A stretch of DNA of 64,000 nucleotides from Candidatus Spongiisociaceae bacterium (GCA_965262915.1 OZ253564.1:448001-512000); one strand, 5' to 3'; shown: positions 49,040 through 59,194, counted from the stretch's first letter. The notes: generated from the sequence alone by a model not told the origin. Program-made: numbers and translations.

Positions 49040-50575
49040 ATGAAAGATAGATCTTCCCGACCAAAGGGCATGACCCTCGGGGTGTTGTTGGTGGTTATGG
49101 CCCTGATCGCCGCAGCTTGCGGCGACGACGAGCCGGCTGCCACCACAGCCGCCCCGGCTGCGACGACTGCGGCGCCCGCCACGACCGAGGCGGCTATGGA
49201 GGAAACGGAGACGACCGAGGCGGCTCCTGCCACGACCGAGGCGGCTATGGAGGAAACGGAGACGACCGAGGCGGCTCCTGCCACCACCGAGGCGATGGAG
49301 GAAACGACCACCACCCTCGCGCAGCTCGAGCCCGCCACCATCCAGTTCTGGCACGTCTACAGCGGGCCGCTGGAAGAGGCGATGAACGAACTCGTGGCCA
49401 GGTTCGAGGCCAAGTATCCCCAGATAGACGTGGAGGCCCAGTTCACCGGGGGCTACTACCCGACCTCCCAGAAGATCGCGGGCGCCATCGAGGCCGACGA
49501 CCTCCCGAACCTGACGGTCGCCTTCGAGGACGGGGCGGTCAACTGGGGACGTGCCGGCGTCCTGCTCGACCTGACCGACTACGTGAGCGATCCGGCAATC
49601 GGGGTTGACGTGGCCGACTTCCTGCCGGTGGAGATCGCCAGGAACACCTACCTGTCCGAGGGTGGGCGGATGCTCAGCTTCCCGTGGACGGTGGCGATCG
49701 CGGTGATGTTCCACAACCTGGACATGCTGAACGGCCTGGGTTTCGACGGTCCGGCCGAGACCTGGGACGAGTTCCTTGCCCAGTGCGAGGTGATCCTCAC
49801 CGAACTGAACAAGAGCTGTTACTCGATACAGGTCGACGCCTCCATGTGGAATGCCACGGGCTTCACCTACGGAGGTTTCCCGACCATTGACGTCGAGGCG
49901 CGGGCCACCAGGTACGGTGAAGAGCCGTGGACCAAGGCTCTGGACCTCTTCGCGACCGTCATCGAAAAGGGTTACGGGTTCCCGACAGTGGGCCGGGCCG
50001 ACGAGGCGACAGCCAACCTGAGCGACTTCGCCTCCCAGCAGGTCGCCTACATAATGACCTCCAGCCGCTGGGTTCCTTTCGTAGAGGAGGGAGTAGCCGG
50101 CGCCTTCAACTGGAGCGTGGGAGCTATCCCGCAGGAGTTCGAGGGCGCCGATCCGGTGACGGTTCTGTTCGGTCCCAACGCGGTAGCGTTCAACACCACC
50201 GAGGCCGAGAACCTGGCCACGTGGGAGTTCATCAAGTTCCTGTCGAGCCCGGATAGCCAGGCCTACTGGGCGGCCACGTCTGGCAACCTGCCCAGCAGGT
50301 TGAGCGTTGGTGACTCGGCCGAGTACTCGGCCTTCCTGGAGACCTCGCCGCCGATGGCGGCTGCTTGGGAGATCCTTCCCTACGCTCTTTCGGAGTTGCC
50401 GATGACCGACGAGGGCAACCTGGGCCCGCCCCCGTTCTCCTTCCGAATTCTCCAGCAGGACGTGCAGGCGGAACTCCTCACCGGCAATATGAGCCGCGAG
50501 GAGGCACAGCGCAAGCTCGTCGAGGATGGCGCGACCCTGCTCGGCGAGTACTACGCGAGACTGTTCGATTCGTAA
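49040..50575 (+). CDS. ABC transporter solute-binding lipoprotein (family 1, UgpB-like)
   Basis: Lipobox LIAAAC; T/A/E-rich linker; IQFWH, PAETWDE, TWEFIKFL, SGNLPSR. Confidence 0.88.
   Translation: MKDRSSRPKGMTLGVLLVVMALIAAACGDDEPAATTAAPAATTAAPATTEAAMEETETTEAAPATTEAAMEETETTEAAPATTEAMEETTTTLAQLEPATIQFWHVYSGPLEEAMNELVARFEAKYPQIDVEAQFTGGYYPTSQKIAGAIEADDLPNLTVAFEDGAVNWGRAGVLLDLTDYVSDPAIGVDVADFLPVEIARNTYLSEGGRMLSFPWTVAIAVMFHNLDMLNGLGFDGPAETWDEFLAQCEVILTELNKSCYSIQVDASMWNATGFTYGGFPTIDVEARATRYGEEPWTKALDLFATVIEKGYGFPTVGRADEATANLSDFASQQVAYIMTSSRWVPFVEEGVAGAFNWSVGAIPQEFEGADPVTVLFGPNAVAFNTTEAENLATWEFIKFLSSPDSQAYWAATSGNLPSRLSVGDSAEYSAFLETSPPMAAAWEILPYALSELPMTDEGNLGPPPFSFRILQQDVQAELLTGNMSREEAQRKLVEDGATLLGEYYARLFDS
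49178..49310 (+). repeat. 51-bp coding tandem repeat (ATTEAAMEETETTEAAP)
   Basis: Two identical units (49178-49228, 49229-49279) plus a degenerate third. Confidence 0.9.
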
Positions 50576-50717
50576 GCACCGGAGCGCGCTTACGATCTGA
50601 CCCTGACCATGCCTGGTGCCGGTTGCCGAGAAGTAGGCGACCGGCACCGGCGCGGTTGGGGACATACAAACCGGCTGGAAGCTTGCCGGGACACAACCTC
50701 ACGCGGAGGTAACCGAC

Positions 50718-51530
50718 TTGAGACGACAAGCCATCCTGGAAGGTCTCCACCGGCGGATTGCCACGGGCAAGGCGGTACTGGCAGCAGGCTGCAGCGCCGG
50801 GATCATCGCCCGATCGGCCGAAGAGGCAGGAACCGACCTGATCGTCGTCTACAGCACAGGGAAGTCGCGGCTGATGGGGCTACCGACGTGGCGGTTCGGC
50901 GACTCCAACCTGGGCACTCTGGAGATGGCCGCTGAAATTCTCAACGTGGTGAAGTCAACGCCGGTGATCGGCGGCGTCGAGGCCAACGACCCGACTCGTA
51001 AGGACCTCGACGCCCTCCTCGACCGGTTCCAGGCCGCCGGATTCGATGGAGTGATCAACTTTCCGACGCTCACGAACATGCCGGATCAGCGCCGGAGAGC
51101 GGAGATGGTCGGCTACGGCTTCGACCGTGAGGTTGATGCCATCAGCCTGGCCCGTTCTCGCGATCTCTTCACCATGGCCTACGTGGCCAGCGCGGAGGAT
51201 GCAGCCGCAATGGCAGCCGCGGGAGCGGACGTGATCGTCACCCATTCCGGTCCGACCACCGGTGGCACCGTCGGCTACGAGGACGACCGCTCCGTCGAGT
51301 CAGTGTGCCGGCAGGCTCAGGCCCTCATCGACGCCGCAGTGGCGGAGAACCCTGATGTGATCCCGCTTCTGCACGGGGGAAGGCTGGCAACGCCCGCAGA
51401 GGTGCGGAAGGCGCTGGTTCTGACGAGTGCCGTCGGCTTCGTCGGGGCGTCGAGCATCGAACGGATTCCCGTGGAACGAGCGATCCGGGCCGTGGTACGC
51501 GAGTTCAGAGATCTGCCCGCGGCGGAGTAG
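50718..51530 (+). CDS. Phosphoenolpyruvate hydrolase-family TIM-barrel protein
   Basis: GCSAGIIARSAE.AG.DLIVVY, GVINFPT, AGADVIVTHSGPT.GG, LHGG, GASSIERIPVE. Confidence 0.85.
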   Translation: MRRQAILEGLHRRIATGKAVLAAGCSAGIIARSAEEAGTDLIVVYSTGKSRLMGLPTWRFGDSNLGTLEMAAEILNVVKSTPVIGGVEANDPTRKDLDALLDRFQAAGFDGVINFPTLTNMPDQRRRAEMVGYGFDREVDAISLARSRDLFTMAYVASAEDAAAMAAAGADVIVTHSGPTTGGTVGYEDDRSVESVCRQAQALIDAAVAENPDVIPLLHGGRLATPAEVRKALVLTSAVGFVGASSIERIPVERAIRAVVREFRDLPAAE

Positions 51531-52278
51531 GGACAGAGAAGCAGAGCAGACGCTCAATCGTCGAGTCGGCGCTGGACAGGCGCTCTCACAGCGTTCAACG
51601 TGACCCGGACGCGGGCCGGGTGACCGCGGAACGGGAATGGTCTTCGTAGCGCGTCGAGATCGGCGACAGGGAGTCGCGTCCCACGTCCATGCCGCTCATC
51701 GCGAGGAACTCGAGTACAGGCGGGAAGTGCAGCCAGTCCCCGGTCCGGTCGTCGACGAGACCGAGAACGCGAAAAATGCCGAACCGGACCCCTCCGCCGG
51801 GCCCGCCCCCAACCGCCACCTCCTCGGTTCCCGAACGCGTCCCGCCATCCCCTACGAGGGGTCGGCTCCGACGACCTGATCCCTGCCCCGGTCCGGTCGG
51901 TACCGGAAAACAGACCGGTGGTGTTTACGGCTACTTACCAGTATGCAAGAGGACTGTGACATGTCAACCCCCTTGTGGCGGCGCGGTCGGTCCCCTCGGG
52001 GATGCTGTGAGTGGGTGGGCATGCCGATCGTGGGACGACGCCGGTCCTGGAACACAGCGAACCAATGACTCGGAACACCGGGGATCTGCATACCGTAAGC
52101 GTCTCCACGGGGGAAGCCCTCCATGCCCGAGGATATTCGTGGAGCAATGCACCTGGCCAGGGTGACGGTAGTGGTGGGAAGTCGAGTATCGACCAGATCC
52201 CGTTCGAGCGGGCGTCCGCCACACGGTACGATCACTCGGGGCTCTGCTCACCGGTAGCAGGAAGAGGAGGAGATAGGT

Positions 52279-53139
52279 ATGCGAGTCGTCGTCACCGGGG
52301 GTGCCGGGCGTTCCGGAAGCAAGATTGCCGATCATCTCCGTGATCGCGGCGCCGAGGTGCTGACTGTCGATATCGTTCCTGCCAGAACGGGTGACGCAGG
52401 GTCGCAGATCGGATCCCATCTCATCGCCGACCTCGAGGACCTGGGCCAGACGGTGGAAGCTCTGCGGGGAGCGGACGCGGTCCTGCATCTGGCCGCGGTA
52501 TGGGCCCAGGGAGTAAGACCCCCCACCGTGACCTTCGACACCAACGTGCGGACCACGTTCAACGTGTTCGAAGCCGCCGCGCTGGCCGGTGCCCGGCGTG
52601 TTGTATGGGCGTCCACCCAGTCGGTGGTCGGCACGCCTTGGACCGATGACAACCTCCCCGGATACCTCCCCGTCGACGAAGTCCATTCAGCCCGTCCCCG
52701 CATGACCTATGCGCTGTCGAAGCATGTGGGCGAGCAGATCGCCCCGTACTTCGCCAAGATCCGGGGACTGGAGGTCCTAGGTCTGAGGTTCGCCTGGATG
52801 ATCCACGAGGACGGATGGGGCGTCGTTCCGCAGTGGCAGAAGAACCCGTTGTCCCGTCGCTTCAACGCCTTCGTCTACGTCGACGTGCGCGATGTTGCGG
52901 CCGCGTGTGCCTCCGCGCTCGAGAGGCCGGTCACCGGAGCGCATGTCCTCAACATCGGCTCCGCCGACACGTGCATGGATATTCCCTCCTCGGAGTTGGC
53001 CGATCTCGCTTTCGGGGGCGTTCCGCTTCGGCGACCGCTCGACGGGTACGAGACGCTTGTGTCCATTCGAGCAGCGAGGGAACTCATCGGGTACCGACCC
53101 CGATACTCGTGGCGTGATCATCTTCGGTCCGCTCCCTAG
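52279..53139 (+). CDS. NAD-dependent epimerase/dehydratase (extended SDR)
   Basis: VVVTGGAGRSG, HLAA, YALSK, YVDVRDVA. Confidence 0.9.
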   Translation: MRVVVTGGAGRSGSKIADHLRDRGAEVLTVDIVPARTGDAGSQIGSHLIADLEDLGQTVEALRGADAVLHLAAVWAQGVRPPTVTFDTNVRTTFNVFEAAALAGARRVVWASTQSVVGTPWTDDNLPGYLPVDEVHSARPRMTYALSKHVGEQIAPYFAKIRGLEVLGLRFAWMIHEDGWGVVPQWQKNPLSRRFNAFVYVDVRDVAAACASALERPVTGAHVLNIGSADTCMDIPSSELADLAFGGVPLRRPLDGYETLVSIRAARELIGYRPRYSWRDHLRSAP

Positions 53140-53316
53140 CTCGGGTCCGCCCACCGGCGCCGCGAGTACCGCTGAGCCGGTGGGCGCTGAGTGGATGGGG
53201 GCTACAGGCTCATCCACTGGATGCGCTACCGGATTCAGGCCCCCCTTCCAATGGGCCACGCTCCGGGACTCCGGCACGAGATCACCGAATACCAAGCCAG
53301 CGACAAGGAGGTGCTG

Positions 53317-53667
53317 ATGGCTGAGATCTGCAAGATCATGTCCCAGGAAGAGTGGGATGGTTCGTTGGCCGTCGGCAGGATCTACGTGGCGGTCACCGAG
53401 GCCGACCTGCGAGACGGTTTCATCCATTGCTCCTCGAGCGAGCAGGTGCCTGGCACGCTCGACAAGTGGTACAAGGACTACGAGCGGGTGATCGTGGTCA
53501 CTATCGATCCGGCCCCTCTCACCAGCGAGGTCAAGTGGGAACCGAATGCGGTGGGGGTGCTCTTCCCGCACATCTACGGACCCATAGTTCCCGAGGCGGT
53601 CGCCGAGGCGGTCGCGTTGGAACGTGATGGGTCGGGCCGGTTTCAACCGACCGGAGAGGAGATCTGA
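53317..53667 (+). CDS. DUF952 domain protein (paralog of 2733-3089)
   Basis: DLRDGFIHCSSSEQV, VKWE, LFPHIYGPI; AAGGAGG RBS. Confidence 0.88.
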   Translation: MAEICKIMSQEEWDGSLAVGRIYVAVTEADLRDGFIHCSSSEQVPGTLDKWYKDYERVIVVTIDPAPLTSEVKWEPNAVGVLFPHIYGPIVPEAVAEAVALERDGSGRFQPTGEEI

Positions 53668-53669
53668 GC

Positions 53670-53993
53670 ATGTTCTACGAGTATCGGCGGTACGAGGTGG
53701 TCCACGGGCGGATGGAGGAACTCAAGACGCGCTTCGCGGAGTCCACCATCCCCATGTGGAAGGAGTCGGGGATCGAACCCGTCGCCTTCTTCGAGCCCCG
53801 CATCGGCGATCCCAACGTCCTCCATTACCTTCTGAAGTGGGAGGATCTGGGGCGCCGGGAGGAGATCTGGGAGGCCTTCAGGGTGAAGCCCGAGTGGGTG
53901 GCCGACCGGGTCAAGAGCGAGGAGAACGGGCCGCTCCTCAACGGCATGACCAACGAGATCTGGGTTCCGACGGACTTCTCGCCCCTGCAGTGA
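53670..53993 (+). CDS. NIPSNAP family protein
   Basis: MFYEYRRYEVVHGRM, LHYLLKWED, PTDFSPLQ. Confidence 0.88.
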   Translation: MFYEYRRYEVVHGRMEELKTRFAESTIPMWKESGIEPVAFFEPRIGDPNVLHYLLKWEDLGRREEIWEAFRVKPEWVADRVKSEENGPLLNGMTNEIWVPTDFSPLQ

Positions 53994-55204
53994 CCGGGCC
54001 CCTGATCGCGCTCGTAGGTACCCTCGACACCAAAGGGGACGAGTACGGCTACCTGCGCGAGTGCGTGGAGAGCGCCGGTGGGAGGGTTCTGCTCATCGAC
54101 GCCGGCGTGCGCGATGCGCCCAGCATCGAGCCGGACATCACCCGTGACGAGATAGCAGAGGCAGCGGGCTGCCGTCTCGAAGACCTAGTGGCGGCCGGTG
54201 ACCGGGGCCGGGCGCTCGAAGCCATGGGCAGGGGAGCGGGGATAGTTGTATCCGGGCTAGTCGATAGAGGGGAATGCGCCGGTGCGCTCTGTGCCGGGGG
54301 CTCGGGAGGTACGGCGGTGGCCGTCGCTACCTTCCGAGCCCTGCCGTTCGGCTTCCCGAAGCTGATCGTCTCTACCCAGGTGGCCTCCGCGGCCGGATTG
54401 CTGGCGGGTGGTTCCGATGTGATGCTGATGTCGCCGGTGTCGGACATCGCCGGGCTCAATCGGGTAACGAGAACCGTCCTGTCCAACGCCGCGGCGGGGA
54501 TCGTGGGAGCTGCGCGATCCGCCGCCTCGGTCCCAACGGGAGGGGAGCTCGTCTTCGCGACGATGCTCGGGCTCACGACGGCCGGCGTGACCATGGCCGC
54601 CCGCCGGATGCAGGAAGCCGGCTACGAGGTAGTGACGTTCCACGCCACCGGGGAAGGCGGGCGGGCGATGGAAGGAATGCTTGGACCGATGGAGACGAGC
54701 GGCATGCTCGACCTGACCACGGTGGAGATAGCCGACGAGATCGTCGGCGGTGTCAAGTCGGCAGGATCAGACCGGCTGAGAGGGGCGGGACGGCTCGGGG
54801 TGCCCCAGGTCGTCTCCACCGGCGGCACCGACATGGTCCGCTTCGGACCGAAGGACTCGGTTCCGGAGCGGTTCAGTGATCGAACCTTCCACTCCCACAG
54901 CGACATCGTTACCCTGATGCGCACCACGCCGGAGGAGTGTTACCGCATAGGTTCCACCATCGGATCGCGCCTTTCGGAGTCGACCGGTCCGACGGCGTTG
55001 CTGGTTCCGGTCCGGGGGTCGTCCGAGTTGGCTGTACAAGGAGGCGCGTTTCATGATGCGGAGGCCGACGACGCTCTGATACAGGGAATCCTGAACTCGA
55101 CAGCCGCTTCAGGGGTCGATGTCGTACTCCAGGACACCCAGATAAACGATCCGCGTTTCGCAGCCGCGGCCTCTGGTCGGCTGCTGACCATGCTGGGAGG
55201 GTGA
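53990..55204 (+). CDS. Tm-1-like ATP-binding domain protein (UPF0261)
   Basis: VGTLDTKGDE, GGSGGT, LPFGFPKLIVST, FHATGEGGRAME, TLMRTT. Confidence 0.9.
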   Translation: MTGPLIALVGTLDTKGDEYGYLRECVESAGGRVLLIDAGVRDAPSIEPDITRDEIAEAAGCRLEDLVAAGDRGRALEAMGRGAGIVVSGLVDRGECAGALCAGGSGGTAVAVATFRALPFGFPKLIVSTQVASAAGLLAGGSDVMLMSPVSDIAGLNRVTRTVLSNAAAGIVGAARSAASVPTGGELVFATMLGLTTAGVTMAARRMQEAGYEVVTFHATGEGGRAMEGMLGPMETSGMLDLTTVEIADEIVGGVKSAGSDRLRGAGRLGVPQVVSTGGTDMVRFGPKDSVPERFSDRTFHSHSDIVTLMRTTPEECYRIGSTIGSRLSESTGPTALLVPVRGSSELAVQGGAFHDAEADDALIQGILNSTAASGVDVVLQDTQINDPRFAAAASGRLLTMLGG

Positions 55205-55244
55205 GGGTTGTCCGGTAACGACATCGCGGGGAGAAGAACGCCGG

Positions 55245-55451
55245 GAGCCATACCAGATCGACGAGGATCGTACCGAGAGCAACGACTTGGCCCATCAGGA
55301 GAAGCAGCGAGCCAGGCGGATGGCCAGGGAATGGAACGACTGGGCCGTCCCGGTGGGCATGAACTTCGACCTGCGCGAGGACCTGCAGCAACTGTTCGCA
55401 CTGGAACGCTGCGGGGTCGACCAGGGACGCGCCAGGCTGTGTAGAGCGTGA
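55245..55451 (+). pseudogene. Arylsulfatase C-terminal remnant (paralog of 2462-2668)
   Basis: EPYQIDEDRTESNDL..RMAREWNDWA..LREDLQQLFALERCGVDQGRARLCRA* is collinear and gap-free with the end of the 1004-2668 sulfatase. Confidence 0.85.
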
Positions 55452-56293
55452 GTGGCCAAGTGCGGATCGGCGCTTCCATATTCTTCACGGCCGATTCGAT
55501 CCAGCCCGCCGAGTTGGGCGTCGAGCTCGAAGCGCGCGGTTTCGAGTCCCTGTGGCTGCCCGAGCATTCCCACATACCGGTGGTCCAGCAGCAGGAACTC
55601 GGAGACCGCCGGTTGCCCGAGAAGTACGAGATCCTCTACGACGCCTTTACCTCCCTGGCCGCGGTCGCCTCCACCACGAGCACGATCCTGCTCGGCACCG
55701 GGATTACTCTTCTCGGTATCCGGGACCCGCTCTGGACGGCCAAGGCCACCGCTACCCTCGACCGCCTCTCGGGTGGCCGGTTCCTGTTCGGCATCGGGTA
55801 CGGATGGCTCAGGAGGGAGTACGAAAGTCACGGCATCCCGTTCAGCCGGCGGCGAGAGATCACAAGGGAGAAGCTCCGGATGGTCAAGTCGCTGTGGACC
55901 ACCGAGACGACCGAGTTCTCGGGGGACCACATGCACCTGTTGCCCAGCCGCCAAGGACCCAAACCCCTCCAGCAACCCCATCCTCCGGTTCATATCGGAG
56001 CAGCGCTGGGTCCGGGGACCAAAGCCGACCTTGCGTCACTGGCCGACGGGTGGATACCCCTCGGGATGTACCGGGTCACCTCCGCTGAGATCGCCGAGGT
56101 GCAAGCCGCCGCGGCCGCCAACGGAAGAGACCCGCTGGAGATCAGCGTGTACCTCGACTACACGGAAGCCCATCGGATCGATGAGATGGCTGCGCTCGGA
56201 TGCGACCGGGTGGTCGTCTGCCTGCCCACCGCTCCCCGGACAGAGGTGCTGGAGTACGTCGAGCAGATCGCCGAAGCCTGGATCGCCCGCTAG
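55448..56293 (+). CDS. LLM-class F420-dependent oxidoreductase (Rv2161c-like)
   Basis: GFESLWLPEHSHIP, LGTGI, LDRLSGGRFLFGIGYGW, PKPLQQPHPPVHIG. Confidence 0.88.
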   Translation: MSGQVRIGASIFFTADSIQPAELGVELEARGFESLWLPEHSHIPVVQQQELGDRRLPEKYEILYDAFTSLAAVASTTSTILLGTGITLLGIRDPLWTAKATATLDRLSGGRFLFGIGYGWLRREYESHGIPFSRRREITREKLRMVKSLWTTETTEFSGDHMHLLPSRQGPKPLQQPHPPVHIGAALGPGTKADLASLADGWIPLGMYRVTSAEIAEVQAAAAANGRDPLEISVYLDYTEAHRIDEMAALGCDRVVVCLPTAPRTEVLEYVEQIAEAWIAR

Positions 56294-56339
56294 CCGGCCT
56301 GCCGGAAGCGGCCGCCGGCGGTGTATTATCGGGCTCTCC

Positions 56340-56414
56340 GGGCCCATAGCTCAGGTTGGTTAGAGCGCATCCCTGATAAGGATGAGGTCCCTGGTTCAAA
56401 TCCAGGTGGGCCCA
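56340..56414 (+). tRNA. tRNA-Ile(GAT)
   Basis: Acceptor GGGCCCA/TGGGCCC, anticodon arm CATCC-CTGATAA-GGATG, T-arm CCTGG-TTCAAAT-CCAGG; -10-like TATTAT upstream. Confidence 0.97.
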
Positions 56415-56590
56415 CCGGTTGCGAACCGTTTCACACCGGTTCTTACGGTCCTAAACCCCCAGGGCAACGAGCATTTTTCGCCTGAGCCGTCTCCTCATCC
56501 TCGTTGTCGCCCCGTCGCTAGACTACCCGCCTTGTTTCTGGTAGTTTCAGCGTAGTGTGGGACATAAAGTGGGATAGAAAAGAGAGGGAT

Positions 56591-57721
56591 GTGCCAAGAT
56601 TGACAGCCGCGTTCGTGCGCGGAGTGAGCAAACCGGGCAAGTACGGCGACCAGCACGGCCTAATACTTCGGGTTCAGCCATCCGGGTCGAAACAGTGGAT
56701 ATGGCGAGGAACCGTCAACGGTCGCAGACGCGACCTCGGCTTGGGTGGCTACCCCTATGTCAGTCTCGCGGAAGCACGCGCCGAAGCGTTCGACTACCGC
56801 AAGACCGCCCGGAAGGGCGGCGACCCGGTCGCTCTCCGATCCGGCGGGATACCGACCTTCACACGGGCCGCTGAGACCGTCATCGCTATGCACGCAACGA
56901 AGTGGAAAAGCCCCGGAACCGAAGAGTCATGGCGTGCGACCCTCGGGACGTACGTTCTACCCGCTATCGGATCGAGATCGGTTGACGCAGTCACATCCGC
57001 TGACGTGATGGCCTGCCTCGCTCCGATCTGGACCGCCAAACAAGAGACTGCCAGGAAGACCCGCCAACGGATCAGCGCGATCATGAAATGGGCGATCGCT
57101 CAGGGCTACAGGCAGGATAACCCCGCCGGCGACGCTGTGCTTGCGGCTCTCCCGAAACAGACCGTCGGACGGAAGCATTTCCGAGCCCTTCCGCACCGCG
57201 ATGTCTCGGCCGCTGTCGCCACGGTTCGGGCATCCCACCTGTATCCGACGGTCCGCCTGGCGTTCGAGTTTCTCGTACTCACCGCCGTCCGATCAGCGGA
57301 AGCGCTGGGTGCTCGCTGGTCAGAAATCAACCACGAAACCCGGACATGGGTCGTTCCCGCCGAACGCACAAAACCCGGTCGCGAACACAGGGTTCCTCTC
57401 TCGGGTCCCGCTTTTGAAGTGCTGGCCGCGGCCCGCCGCTACTCGGACGGCAGCCCGCTGGTATTCCCCCGCCAGACCGGAGGAGAGATTCCCCGCTGGA
57501 TGCTCAGCAAGCTACCCGCAAGGGTCGGCATCGACACCACCGTCCACGGAATGAGAAGCTCGTTCCGGGACTGGTGCGGCGAGACCGGCGTTGCCCGTGA
57601 AGTCGCCGAGGCATGCCTGTCGCATCGGGTCGGCAACGCCGCCGAACAGGCCTACGCCCGCAGTGACCTGCTGGAACGCCGCCGCGAACTCATGGAATCC
57701 TGGGCAGAGTACGTTGGCTAG
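56591..57721 (+). CDS. P4-type tyrosine integrase with arm-binding domain
   Basis: GKYGDQHGLILRVQPSGSKQW, LGGYPYVSLAEAR, LTAVRSAE, HRVPL, VHGMRSSFRDW, LSH, AYARSD. Confidence 0.95.
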   Translation: MPRLTAAFVRGVSKPGKYGDQHGLILRVQPSGSKQWIWRGTVNGRRRDLGLGGYPYVSLAEARAEAFDYRKTARKGGDPVALRSGGIPTFTRAAETVIAMHATKWKSPGTEESWRATLGTYVLPAIGSRSVDAVTSADVMACLAPIWTAKQETARKTRQRISAIMKWAIAQGYRQDNPAGDAVLAALPKQTVGRKHFRALPHRDVSAAVATVRASHLYPTVRLAFEFLVLTAVRSAEALGARWSEINHETRTWVVPAERTKPGREHRVPLSGPAFEVLAAARRYSDGSPLVFPRQTGGEIPRWMLSKLPARVGIDTTVHGMRSSFRDWCGETGVAREVAEACLSHRVGNAAEQAYARSDLLERRRELMESWAEYVG

Positions 57722-57985
57722 CCGGATCAGGCAGGAATGCAGTACCGCCTCCGTAGGAGCATCGCCCCGCATTGCCACCGCTTGGCGGGTCCGGCCGAGC
57801 CGATGTTCAGCTCTGCCGGTCATCGGCTGGACGGGTCCCTTCAGAGCGTCGAGTAGCTGGCCGGTTTCGCCGACGTCATAGTGCGGTCGTTCACACCGTG
57901 CCAGTTGCGCCGGTAGTGAAGCTGGCACCCAACCGCGGCCACAATAGGCCCGGTCGCATCCGGATTCCGAACACGTCCTACCCAT
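57718..57985 (-). pseudogene. Phage-type Cys/His-finger HNH endonuclease remnant
   Basis: CSESGCDRAYCGRGW(fs)CQLHYRRNWHG ... AEHRL ... VLHSC. Confidence 0.45.
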
Positions 57986-58345
57986 CGGCCATCAACCCCG
58001 ACACGGCTAGAGCTTCGGTCACGTCCATTCCCCCGGCGGCCATCGCCAGCTCTTACGGTCCAAGATCGCACGGCGGGCAAAGGCCCACCTATGGCGTTTA
58101 AGACCGCGTAAACTCCCAGCTAGGTCACTACTTTTGTCTGGTACATCCCACATTTGCTACCACAGATCAGCGGTTGCCGCCGGCGGCGCCGCCACGTGAC
58201 CTCCCCCCACGGTGCCCGCAGGCCACCAGTCCCACCGGGTCGGGTCGCTCCCCTGCCGACAAAGCCAATGCCTCGCTGCTGCGGCGATCGCTGGGGCAAG
58301 ATCGTGCGCGTCGGTTACCCGGCGCCATCCGTCAACGACGTCGAG

Positions 58346-59194
58346 TCATGCCGGCCAGTGCGACCCTCGACATGCGGCCGTGCACCATCTCTGCCAGGCG
58401 GCTACGGCGAGGCGGGGCCGCCAAGCGCCGCCGTACCGGTCGAGGTCGAAGGCGCCGCGGCCTCGGCGATGAATCCGCGCCCGGCCCCCGTGGCGGGGGT
58501 GCTCCACTCCACGGTCGACGTCCTCAGCGGCGAACCCCGATACCCGCTGGGGGCCGGTCACTACCGGGTACAGCACCCGGCCGAAATGCCGGGCGAAGGG
58601 ACGGCTGGGGCCTGGGCGGGCAACGCCGGCGGCTACCATGTCGGGCTCGGACACGCTCACCAGGTGGTCTGGTATCACCGTGGGGTCGGTGGGTGCCCAG
58701 CCGATGTGGAAGGCCCTCACGTCGTCGCTGCTGTAGGCATGGGCCCGTCTCAGGTAGGCCCCCGCCGCCGCCCCCGAATCGTCGCTTACCAGCAGCTGGT
58801 GGCAGTACGCCGCGGCTTGCCAGCGGACAGTGTCGAGGCGCTGCGCACGGGTGGGGCGTGACATCGACGGGCCCAGGTCGACACCGTCGCGGCGGGCGAG
58901 TAGATCGAGCGATTCGTGGAAGCCGACTCCGTGGGTTTGCTGCACCCATGTCAGCGCGTCCCCCGACGCGCCGCAGCCGAAGCAGTGGTAGAGCCCCCGC
59001 TCGCTGTCCACCGACATCGCCGGAGTGTCGGTGTTGGGGTGGAACGGGCACATGGCCATAACCGACGCGGCGGAGCCGGCCCGCTTGATGTGGGTGACTT
59101 CCTCGACGAGGTCCACAAGGTCGGTAGCTTGATGGGGTTTGTACACCACCGGGCCGGGCGCGACCGTACGACTAACCGTGCGGATAGCCCCCAA
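58346..59194 (-). CDS. DnaG-like CHC2 zinc-finger primase N-terminus; Toprim part degenerate
   Basis: CPFHPNTDTPAMSV...YHCFGCGASGD, AYLRR, FHIGWAP, FGRVLYPV...GFA. Start uncertain. Confidence 0.75.
   Translation of the reverse strand: MGAIRTVSRTVAPGPVVYKPHQATDLVDLVEEVTHIKRAGSAASVMAMCPFHPNTDTPAMSVDSERGLYHCFGCGASGDALTWVQQTHGVGFHESLDLLARRDGVDLGPSMSRPTRAQRLDTVRWQAAAYCHQLLVSDDSGAAAGAYLRRAHAYSSDDVRAFHIGWAPTDPTVIPDHLVSVSEPDMVAAGVARPGPSRPFARHFGRVLYPVVTGPQRVSGFAAEDVDRGVEHPRHGGRARIHRRGRGAFDLDRYGGAWRPRLAVAAWQRWCTAACRGSHWPA

Noticed and set aside
49178-49310. 51-bp tandem repeat as a regulatory or array element
   Set aside because: In-frame low-complexity lipoprotein linker, common in such binding proteins.
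51531-52278. 750-bp gap inside the catabolic cluster (palindrome TGACATGTCA near 51957)
   Set aside because: Probably a promoter/operator plus decayed gene debris; no recognisable product or RNA structure could be supported.
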